This document shows, piece by piece, positions 56,736 to 64,000 of a DNA stretch of 64,000 nt (its first letter is position 1; every line of letters starts with the position of its first letter). Where the stretch lies: contig QZKQ01000056.1 in the NCBI GenBank assembly GCA_003599535.1, positions 6,124 to 70,123 of the forward strand, read 5' to 3'. The notes beneath the pieces are model-generated. The model was not told the origin of the DNA. It saw only the letters and a list, made by a program, of their open reading frames with translations, and ran no database searches. Source of the DNA: Candidatus Zixiibacteriota bacterium. Its GTDB lineage: Bacteria > Electryoneota > B3-LCP. Both the position numbers and the translations under genes were made by a program.

Positions 56736-58934
56736 TCATTCCGGGGCCGCCGCCTCGAGGTTGCACACGAAGCAGCGGAAGGGGTAGCCGAACCCTCCCG
56801 GCCCCTGCAATCCCGAGGGCAGCAGCTCGTTGACGTTGCTGCGCCGCACCCCGAAGAGTTCCGGCGCGGCGGCCTCGCGTTCCGGGAACCACCAGCCGCT
56901 GTCGCAGTGCACGATCCCCGGCGCGAACCGGTCGCTGACGCGAGCCCGCATCAGGCAACTGCCGAAGGGGCTGTACACCCGCACGGGGTCCCCGTCGCCC
57001 ACGCCGGCTTGCGCGGCCGTGTCGGGGTGGAGATCGGCCAGGGGTTCCGGCTGCCGGCGGCGCAGCGCGGGGAGGTTGCGGTGCTCCGAGCCGAAGTAGT
57101 AGGGCCGCCGCGAACCGCTAGTCAATATATATGGGTAATTTTGGACGCCGTATTGGTGACGGTAATCACCCATGTAATCATGGTAATGCGGGGTGGAAGC
57201 CAGCCCCATGGCCCGCAGCGCCGGCGAGTCCAGCTCGACCTTGGCCGACGGGGTGGCGAACCCCGGAGCGCCGTCGCCGCGCAGCCGGCCGCTCTCGTGT
57301 TTTCCGTATTCCAGCGGCGGCACCTGCGATCCCCGCTCGCGCAGTTCGGCGAAGGTGAGCCCCGAAGGCTTCAGCCGCTCTTCGATCCACTCCCCGGCAT
57401 CTTTCCAGGGGAAGCGGTGCGGCGCGACCCGGCGGCCCACGGCCAGGACGATCTCGGCGTCGCTGCGGCACTCCCCCGGCGGGTCCACCGCCCGGTTGAT
57501 GGTCCCCAACTGGGCGAAGTGAACGTACAGACTGTCCTTTTCCGGGTACATGGCCGCGGGCAGGATCACGTCCGCCAGGGCCACCGCTGCGGGGTTCAGG
57601 AACACGTCCACCATGACCATGAAATCCAGCGTGCCGAACAGTCGCAGCACCCGCCCGGGGTCGGCGAAGGAGGAGGGCACGATCCCCGTCCCCTGCAGCC
57701 AGGCCGCCTTGATAGGGTAGGGCTGCCCCGTCTCCATCTGGTCCAGCAGCACGTCGGGCTGGGCGTAGGGGTTGCCGGTCTCCAGCAGGGGGTAGCGTCC
57801 CGCCCCGAGCCGCGGGGATTGGACCTCGGGGAAGGCGGCCGCCTCGTCCCCGCGGCGCAGCACCCCGAAGGGCGATCCCTGCAGCACGTTGCCGCCGGGC
57901 GTTTCCAGGCTGCCGGTCAGGGCGACCAGGGCCAGCAGCCCGTGGATGGTCCCCAGGCAGCCCGGGTTCATGTCCACGGACACTCCCCACACCAGGGGGA
58001 AAGGCCGCGCCCACCCCAGGAAGCGCGCCGCTTCGGTCAGGGCGGCGGCGTCCACCCCGGTCAGTTCGGCGGTGCGCTCCGGGGTGTAGGGTTCGGCCGC
58101 CGTCCGCAGCGCTTCCAGGCCCAGGATCCAGTCGCGGCAGAAGGCCTCGTCCACCAGCCCGGCGTGGAACAGCTCGCGGATCATTCCCAAAGCCAGGGCG
58201 CCGTCGGAACCGGGACGCAACCGCAGCCAGTGCCGCGCCCGGGCCGCCGCGCCGGTCTTCTGCGGATCCACCACCACCAGCTCGGCGCCGTCCCGCAGGC
58301 GGTCGGTCACCCAGCCTCCGAACAGGCCGTCGGGGTTGGATACCACCGGGTTGGAACCCCACACCAGGAGGGTGCGCGGCGTCCGGTACACGCCTGGCGG
58401 GGTGGCGAATTCGCCCAGGTCGGGCAGCGGCAGGCCGCCCAGAACGGCCGTGGACAGGGCCACCCGGGGGCGATAGCAGGCGTTGCCGTTGCCGGGCCCC
58501 AGGCCGAAATAGTTGGGGCTGCCGAAACTCCAGGCCAGGCGGGGCAGCCAGGCGCCCACGTCGCGGGCCGTGCCCTTGCAGAAGATGACGGATTCCGGCC
58601 CAAAGCGCTGCCGGATCTCCAGGAGGCGCCGGGCCACCAGGTCCGCGGCTTCGTCGAAGCCGGCCCGCCGCCAGCGATTCTCACCCCGCGCCCCCACCCG
58701 GATCAGCGGATGGGTCAGCCGCTGGGGGTGGTACATGGCCTGGGCGACGTTGCGCCCCCGGGGGCACATCCGCCCGTCATTGTGACGGTTGTCCCGGTCG
58801 CCCTCCACGTCCACCAGCCGGCCTCCCCGGACCCGCAGCAGGACGCCGCAGCCGCCGTGGCATCCCGGCGGCGACCAGCAGACCGAGCGGATGATCTCGG
58901 CGTCGCCTTCCCGGCGGCGGTACCCGGAGCTCAT
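56736..58934 (-). CDS. molybdopterin (bis-MGD) oxidoreductase of the DMSO-reductase superfamily, cytoplasmic
   Basis: N-terminal 4Fe-4S motif CWSPPGCHGGCGV...C and a molybdopterin dinucleotide-binding C-terminal domain. The real start MSSGYRRREG at 58934 overlaps the upstream stop (ATGA). The 1029-aa ORF-track version has a non-coding extension. Confidence 0.75.
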   Translation of the reverse strand: MSSGYRRREGDAEIIRSVCWSPPGCHGGCGVLLRVRGGRLVDVEGDRDNRHNDGRMCPRGRNVAQAMYHPQRLTHPLIRVGARGENRWRRAGFDEAADLVARRLLEIRQRFGPESVIFCKGTARDVGAWLPRLAWSFGSPNYFGLGPGNGNACYRPRVALSTAVLGGLPLPDLGEFATPPGVYRTPRTLLVWGSNPVVSNPDGLFGGWVTDRLRDGAELVVVDPQKTGAAARARHWLRLRPGSDGALALGMIRELFHAGLVDEAFCRDWILGLEALRTAAEPYTPERTAELTGVDAAALTEAARFLGWARPFPLVWGVSVDMNPGCLGTIHGLLALVALTGSLETPGGNVLQGSPFGVLRRGDEAAAFPEVQSPRLGAGRYPLLETGNPYAQPDVLLDQMETGQPYPIKAAWLQGTGIVPSSFADPGRVLRLFGTLDFMVMVDVFLNPAAVALADVILPAAMYPEKDSLYVHFAQLGTINRAVDPPGECRSDAEIVLAVGRRVAPHRFPWKDAGEWIEERLKPSGLTFAELRERGSQVPPLEYGKHESGRLRGDGAPGFATPSAKVELDSPALRAMGLASTPHYHDYMGDYRHQYGVQNYPYILTSGSRRPYYFGSEHRNLPALRRRQPEPLADLHPDTAAQAGVGDGDPVRVYSPFGSCLMRARVSDRFAPGIVHCDSGWWFPEREAAAPELFGVRRSNVNELLPSGLQGPGGFGYPFRCFVCNLEAAAPE

Positions 58935-60268
58935 GGTTCGCTCCCGGCCAGCACGTTTTTCCGGCCGAAGCGGAGGCCGTAGTGAAAGTGCAGCGCCAGG
59001 ACCGTGTTCAGCAGGGGCGAACGGCTCCGGCGGCAGAACAGGTCCTTCAGCCCGGCGGCCGAGCGGGGCAGCAGCGCCTCGTCGCTGACGGCCTCGCCGA
59101 AACGCAGCCGGGCCAGTGGCGTGCCCGGCTCCGGGCGGATGTAGCTGAACTTGTAGCGGATCAGGCGCCGGCCCAGGCGCCTGCGAGCCCGCAGCAGGAA
59201 CCGCGCCGCGGCCAGGAAGTCCTTCCAGCCCGATCCCGGCACCGCGGCGAAGAAGTTGTAGGAGACCCGCGCCTGCCCGTCCTGCGCCAGCAGGCCCAGG
59301 GAACGGTGCAGCGATTCCACCGTGGTCGCCTTGCCCAGGGTTTTCAGGGCCGAGGCCGTGGCAGCGTCGGGGGACAGGTAGAACTCGTCGCAGCCGGACT
59401 GCCGGGCCAGGGCGATGTATTCGGCGGTCAGGTAGCGATCCTGCTGGTAGGCCCCCCAGCGCACCTTCACGCCGCGATCCAGCAGGGCGCGGCAGACGGC
59501 TTGGGCGTGCCCGGCGGGGTGGTTGAACACCGGGTCGCAGAAGAACACCCGCTGCACACCGTAACGTTGCGCCAGGGTTTCCACTTCCGCCGCCACCCGT
59601 GCGGGGTCCTTCAGGCGCAGTCCGGACCCGCTGAGCTGGGGATAGGTGCAGTAGGCGCAGGCCAGGGCGCAGCCGCGCTTGGTTTCCACCCCCACGGCGG
59701 CGCGGTCGGCGTAGCGGGCGTAGGGCGCCAGGTCCACCAGCTCCCAGGCGGGGGGCGGAATGCGGTCGAAGTCCAGCCTCTCTCCGGGGCCGGAAAAGGT
59801 CACCGTCCCCCGGTCGCGGTACCACAGGCCCGGAATCGCGGCGGGGCCGCCGCCCCGGCAGAGGAATTCCGGGAAGGAGACGTCCGCCTCCAGGAAGAAC
59901 CCGGCGGCCAGTTCCGGAACCCGCTCCAGCACCAGCCGGGGAAAGAGCGAGAAGCCGCTGCCGCCCACGACCAGGACGGCGCGCGGCGCCAGCTTGCGCA
60001 GTTCCTGGACGAAGCGCTGAAAGTGTTCGAAGTAAAAGAAGGGATCGCTGTACTTGGTGGTGTCAATATTGCGCAGGGACAGGCCGATGAGGTCCGGCTG
60101 AAAGTCCTGAATGACGGAGCGAGTATCCTCCAGCGGGCGGCGTGCCACGTTGGGGTCGAACAGGCGGAGGGTGTGGTCGGAAAGGTGCGCCGCCAGGCTG
60201 GCCAGCCCCAGGGGCGCCACCGGAGGTTCCCGGCGGCCCAGGTACGACTGCAAGAGCAGGAGGCGCAT
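58931..60268 (-). CDS. B12-binding-domain radical SAM enzyme (class B rSAM)
   Basis: N-terminal cobalamin-binding Rossmann-like domain and CALACAYCTY radical-SAM cluster. First gene of the operon. Confidence 0.8.
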   Translation of the reverse strand: MRLLLLQSYLGRREPPVAPLGLASLAAHLSDHTLRLFDPNVARRPLEDTRSVIQDFQPDLIGLSLRNIDTTKYSDPFFYFEHFQRFVQELRKLAPRAVLVVGGSGFSLFPRLVLERVPELAAGFFLEADVSFPEFLCRGGGPAAIPGLWYRDRGTVTFSGPGERLDFDRIPPPAWELVDLAPYARYADRAAVGVETKRGCALACAYCTYPQLSGSGLRLKDPARVAAEVETLAQRYGVQRVFFCDPVFNHPAGHAQAVCRALLDRGVKVRWGAYQQDRYLTAEYIALARQSGCDEFYLSPDAATASALKTLGKATTVESLHRSLGLLAQDGQARVSYNFFAAVPGSGWKDFLAAARFLLRARRRLGRRLIRYKFSYIRPEPGTPLARLRFGEAVSDEALLPRSAAGLKDLFCRRSRSPLLNTVLALHFHYGLRFGRKNVLAGSEP

Positions 60269-60426
60269 AATGGCGTTTTTCCGGGATGACTGCGGCCGAA
60301 GATCTCAGCGGTGCTAATAGTAATATAGCATGGATGAAACGGAAAGTCAAGTAAATAGTTGAGCAATGGGAAGGTTTTTTAACCCCGAAAGGATCGAATG
60401 AAAAGCCGTCCGCGAAATCCGGAATG

Positions 60427-60533
60427 GTAGGGGCGATGCCTTTGCCCTCCCGGGGCCACTTCCGTCAGGAGGCGGATCTGCATCCCCGAAAGGCGGCATT
60501 CCCCGGCATGTGGGACAGATGCTTCGCCCCTGC
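60427..60533. repeat. interspersed structured repeat element, short copy C (2 inverted units)
   Basis: aggggcgatgcctttgccc (60429) and gggacagatgcttcgcccct (60512), related to the units of copies A and B. It lies in the promoter region of the rSAM operon. Confidence 0.6.
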
Positions 60534-60542
60534 ACCTCCCTT

Positions 60543-60597
60543 AAAAAGAAGCCGGGCGCCGGGTCCCGCCGCTACGGAGATAGCGGCGGGACCAGGG
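60543..60597 (-). terminator. minus-strand terminator of the PQQ-repeat/T9SS gene
   Basis: ggtcccgccgct-acggagat-agcggcgggacc hairpin. A T-rich tract (CTTCTTTTTAA) follows on the minus strand after a short GC spacer. Confidence 0.4.
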
Positions 60598-60636
60598 GCC
60601 CGGATTAGAGCGCTCTATGGGTTAAAGCGCGATCCG

Positions 60637-62430
60637 TTATTTAAGCAGCATCCCCCGCTGCACCAGTACACGCCCCCCGGCTTCCAGGCGGAAGAAGTAG
60701 ATCCCGGAGGCCACCCCGGACGCATCCCAGACCGCCTCGTGGACCCCCGCCGGGCGGACGCCGTCCAGCAGGGTGGCCGTCCGGCGGCCCAAGGCGTCGT
60801 ACACCGCCAGGCGCACCAGCCCGGATTGCGGCAGCGAGAATGGCACCGTGGTCGCGGGATTGAAGGGGTTGGGGTGGGGTGGGGCCAGGGCGAATTCCGC
60901 AGGTTGCTGGGGAACGCCCGCCGGAGCCGGTTCTCCTGCATTCTCGCCCCAGGACAGGTCCCAGGCGGCCGCCTCGTCGCCACCCGGGTCTTGGCCGGTG
61001 ATGGTAAAGGCGAAGCTGGCGGCATCCCAGATCTCGCCCGGATTGGGGCCCGCGTTGACCGCGAGGAGGTACCCTCCAGGCGGTGCGGCTGCGGGAATGC
61101 CCAGGCGGACGGGCAGGGTGAGCTGCTGTCCGGGAGCCAGCGACAGCGGCGCGGGCGCGCCGAAGTTGATTTGCTGCCCCGTGGGCCGGGTGATCCGGAT
61201 CCAGGCCTGGAAGCCCTGCGCCTGGCCTGCCGTTTCGTCAAATCCCGCGCTGAATTCCAGCGTCCCGCCCGGAGGCACAGTGGTTGAGCCCGGAGTCAGC
61301 GTGACGGAGACCGGGGAGTTCAGGTCGAAGGCGCGCAGCCGGCCGTCGGCCGAGCCGACCACCAGCCGGCCGCCGGCCACCGCGGGGGAACTTTCCACGA
61401 AGCCTCCGGCCGGAGCCCAGTCCAGCACCGCCCCGGTGAAGGCGTCCAGGACGTATACCTTGCCTTCGTTGCTGCCCAGGTAGAGCGCTCCGTTGGCCAG
61501 GGCCGGGCTGGAAAGCAGCGCCCAATCGCCGAGAGAGCGGGTCCACAGGGGGGCGCCGTCGTCCAGGTCGTAGGCTGATACCGAGCCCTGGAAGCCGGCC
61601 GTGTACACCGCGCCGTAACCCACCGCCGGGGCCGCGTAGCGGAAGTCCATGGGGCCGAAATCCCGCTGCCAGACGACTGCACCCGTAGTAGAGGAAACCG
61701 CGGTCAGGCGGTTGAAGGACAGTCCGCCGCCGTTGGCGATGGAGCCGAACACCACCTTGCCCTCGGCGGCCACCGGCGCGCTGTACACCGCGCCCGGTGC
61801 GGTCACGGTCCACAGTGGGGCGCCCGCGGGGGTGAGGGCGTGGATCATCTCGTCATCGCCGGAGAAAAAGACGTTCTGCCCGTCGGTGGAGGGGGCGGTG
61901 CGCACGTCGCCGTCGGTGACCAGGGAGAAGACGGGGTTGCCGGTGGCGGCCTGGTAGGCGCGGAAGCGGTGATCCATGCCTCCGACGTATACCTGATCCT
62001 GGAACACCAGCGGGGAGGACTCCACCCAGGACCCGGTGACGGCCTGCCACAGCGGCGCACCGGTCACGGCGTCGAAGCAGTACACCTTGTGGTCGCTGGC
62101 GCCCAGGTAGATCCGCCCGCCGGCCACGGCCGGGGCGCCTTCCGACCAACTGCCCAGCATTTGCTGCCAGAGTGTTGCTCCGGTGGCGGCGTCCAGGCAG
62201 ACCAGCCTGGCATCCGCGGTGCCGACGTAAACGCGCCCGGCGGCCATAACCGGGGAGGCGTACACTGGTGATTCCAGGTCCGCCTCCCACAGGTGTACCA
62301 GGCCGGCAGTGGTTATTTCCGGGTTATGGCCGGTGCGCGCCGGGTTGCCGTGAAGCAGTGGCCAGTCGGCGCGCGCCGCCGGGAGCGGTAATCCGAGCAG
62401 CAGGGAGAGGAGTATCAAGCGTTTCATCAC
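60637..62430 (-). CDS. secreted PQQ-like (BamB-type) beta-propeller repeat protein with T9SS C-terminal sorting domain
   Basis: Signal peptide and repeated ...GRVYVGTADARLVCLDAATGATLWQ... blades. Pre-CTD domain is paralogous to the other three cargo proteins. C-terminus HPNPFNPATTVPFSLPQSGLVRLAVYDALGRR...GIYFFRLEAGGRVLVQRGMLLK. Confidence 0.8.
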   Translation of the reverse strand: MMKRLILLSLLLGLPLPAARADWPLLHGNPARTGHNPEITTAGLVHLWEADLESPVYASPVMAAGRVYVGTADARLVCLDAATGATLWQQMLGSWSEGAPAVAGGRIYLGASDHKVYCFDAVTGAPLWQAVTGSWVESSPLVFQDQVYVGGMDHRFRAYQAATGNPVFSLVTDGDVRTAPSTDGQNVFFSGDDEMIHALTPAGAPLWTVTAPGAVYSAPVAAEGKVVFGSIANGGGLSFNRLTAVSSTTGAVVWQRDFGPMDFRYAAPAVGYGAVYTAGFQGSVSAYDLDDGAPLWTRSLGDWALLSSPALANGALYLGSNEGKVYVLDAFTGAVLDWAPAGGFVESSPAVAGGRLVVGSADGRLRAFDLNSPVSVTLTPGSTTVPPGGTLEFSAGFDETAGQAQGFQAWIRITRPTGQQINFGAPAPLSLAPGQQLTLPVRLGIPAAAPPGGYLLAVNAGPNPGEIWDAASFAFTITGQDPGGDEAAAWDLSWGENAGEPAPAGVPQQPAEFALAPPHPNPFNPATTVPFSLPQSGLVRLAVYDALGRRTATLLDGVRPAGVHEAVWDASGVASGIYFFRLEAGGRVLVQRGMLLK

Positions 62431-62574
62431 AGACCTGTCAGGTGAAGTGGATGAATCGCCTCAGGCCGGCGCAGAGATCGCACCCGCCTGTTCCCAACGT
62501 ATCCGGAAAATGAAAGTCCGAATGAATGAGTCAGCCTACCAGCATACGGATTGGGCTCGACGCTTTCCGGCGGA

Positions 62575-62865
62575 TTAAAACCGGCGGCCTCCGCCCGACC
62601 GTCCGCCGCCGCGGCGGTCGTCGGTGCGGGGACGGGCCTCGTTCACCGTCAGCTTCTGGCCCTTCAGGTCGTGGCCGTTCAGGCCGTCAATGGCCGCCTG
62701 GGCTTCCGCCTTGCTGGGCATCTCCACGAAGCCGAAGCCGCGCGGTTCGCCGCTGAAGCGATCCTTGATGATGTTGACGGATTGCACGAATCCATGGGTT
62801 GCGAAGGCATCCCGCAGATCGTCCTCGGTAACGTCACGTGAGAGATTACCGACGTAGATGTTCAT
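62575..62865 (-). CDS. RRM-type RNA-binding protein with Gly/Arg-rich tail
   Basis: RNP1/RNP2 motifs (NIYVGNL; RGFGFVEM) and a C-terminal RRGGGRSGGGRRF. Confidence 0.8.
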   Translation of the reverse strand: MNIYVGNLSRDVTEDDLRDAFATHGFVQSVNIIKDRFSGEPRGFGFVEMPSKAEAQAAIDGLNGHDLKGQKLTVNEARPRTDDRRGGGRSGGGRRF

Positions 62866-62923
62866 GACTGTTTCCTTTCGATGGTGGTCTTTCTGTTTGG
62901 CAATATGCAGGTAATGGGTTATT

Positions 62924-63877
62924 TTAATGGTTTTCGAACCAGTTCAACGCCCGGCTCATGATGGTCATGGAGTACAGCGCGATGGTGACATGGTCGGCCA
63001 GGTACCAGTGGATCTCCTTGGGCGGGCCGGCGGCGTCGAAGAGTTGCTGGCCGGTGGGGACGATGTTGTCCAGCGTCCCGTTGTGCATCTGCAGCGCCAC
63101 CTCCGGGGAAGCGAAGGGGATCAGGTTGACGGGGTCCACCATGTCCATCAGGCGGGGGATCGTCTCGTAGTGGCCGTTCAATGCCTCGCGCATGGGGATG
63201 GCGGGAGGCAACTGGGAGATGGAAATCAGGTCCGTCCAGTTGCCGCCGGCCACGATCAGCGAGGCCGCGTCCAGCCGAGGTTCCACGCTCATGGTCAGCG
63301 CCCCCAGGATGCCCCCCATGCTGATGCCGATCAGGTGCAGCTCGTTGTCCATCACGTCGGGACGGGTCTGCAGGTAATCCAGCCCGCGGCGTGCATCCAT
63401 GACCGTGGTGGCCAGCGCCGCCCGGTCCTGAATGAAATTCAGGGAGAAAACGTCGCGCCCCGGTTCCGCCCGCTGCCCGTGGTACTGCGCGTCAATGGCC
63501 AGAATGACGTACGGCTCGCCGTAAATCGCTTCCACCAAGTAGATGACGTCGGCCAGGAAGCCGTCAATGGTGGAGGACATGCCGTACCCGTGCAGGTAGA
63601 GGATGGCGGGGTAGGGTCCGGGGCCGGCCCAGAAGGTCTTGGGCTTGATCAGGCTGCCGGTCACGGTTTCCCCGTGAACGCTCTGGTAGGTGACGGAGTA
63701 GCGGTAATGGAAGAAGGTGGTCTCTTCCAACTGTTCCGTGGCATTCAGCGGCTGACCGGCGTCGTAGGCGTAGTAGGGGAACAGATCGCCGGGATTGTAT
63801 TCCGTGGCGACGGACGGGAGAGCGAGGAGGCAGGCGGCCAGGAGTACCAGTCCGAAATATGCGTACGTACAGGTCAT
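62924..63877 (-). CDS. secreted alpha/beta hydrolase
   Basis: Signal peptide MTCTYAYFGLVLLAACLLALPSVA and nucleophile elbow GISMGG. An alternative start lies 24 codons upstream. Confidence 0.7.
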   Translation of the reverse strand: MTCTYAYFGLVLLAACLLALPSVATEYNPGDLFPYYAYDAGQPLNATEQLEETTFFHYRYSVTYQSVHGETVTGSLIKPKTFWAGPGPYPAILYLHGYGMSSTIDGFLADVIYLVEAIYGEPYVILAIDAQYHGQRAEPGRDVFSLNFIQDRAALATTVMDARRGLDYLQTRPDVMDNELHLIGISMGGILGALTMSVEPRLDAASLIVAGGNWTDLISISQLPPAIPMREALNGHYETIPRLMDMVDPVNLIPFASPEVALQMHNGTLDNIVPTGQQLFDAAGPPKEIHWYLADHVTIALYSMTIMSRALNWFENH

Positions 63878-64000
63878 GGGGGCATTCCCCAAGGGAAAAG
63901 GTCGAAATGGAAAGTGAGCGCGTTCAATATAACGAATATTATACGGCAAATCAAGAACGATTTAAGCTTTAGCTTTTGCGAAAATTCGTCCCGGCGGTGG

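Noticed and set aside
60347-60535. 62-codon Cys-containing minus-strand ORF upstream of the radical SAM operon, considered as a RiPP precursor peptide.
   Set aside because: It overlaps repeat copy C, has only two Cys and no leader/core organisation, has no RBS, and the same sequence family is non-coding elsewhere.
1-64000. Searched by eye for CRISPR arrays, rRNA, tRNA, IS/transposase or integrase genes, and toxin-antitoxin pairs.
   Set aside because: There are no regularly spaced direct repeats with unique spacers, no rRNA-like conserved stretches, no cloverleaf candidates, and no DDE, tyrosine-recombinase or serine-recombinase motifs in any predicted protein. The AT-rich island therefore has no visible mobility gene.

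Overview
This window is 64 kb of high-GC bacterial chromosome, roughly 65-68% GC by eye. It is densely coding, with about 60 genes and many 4-nt ATGA/GTGA overlaps between adjacent genes. Several secreted proteins carry a T9SS-type C-terminal sorting domain (...PNPFNP...KLLLLK) and SBBP/PQQ beta-propeller repeats, which points to an FCB-superphylum-like or candidate-phylum lineage. I found no rRNA, tRNA, CRISPR array, transposase or integrase.

The main blocks are:
- **1-13.3 kb:** housekeeping and miscellaneous genes, including a tri-heme cytochrome c, DUF488, DUF4126, methyltransferase, DinB, a GT39-like glycosyltransferase and rsgA.
- **13.3-16.6 kb:** a sharply AT-rich island carrying one 999-aa multidomain gene that ends in a TIR domain.
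- **16.7-32 kb:** mixed metabolism and transport genes, including MBL, RidA, CDF, SDR, M42 peptidase, hisS and an OPT transporter.
- **32.5-44 kb:** a near-complete heme pathway, hemC-D-E-N-H-Y, a CcsA/HemX-like membrane protein, hemA-B, then hemL after a repeat-bearing gap, followed by a histidine kinase and response regulator pair.
- **48.6-60.3 kb, minus strand:** a tightly overlapping 11-gene operon. It encodes a B12-radical SAM, a molybdopterin oxidoreductase, a TIM-barrel isomerase, three SPASM radical SAMs, two methyltransferases, two nucleotidyltransferases including MobA, and a CDP-alcohol phosphatidyltransferase. I treat it as a candidate biosynthetic system with no product I can name.

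The most novel items are the horizontally acquired TIR fusion island and the radical-SAM-rich operon. Other observations are a ~240-bp interspersed structured repeat family with three copies, heptanucleotide and poly-A tracts upstream of T9SS cargo genes that suggest phase variation, and several strong palindromes.
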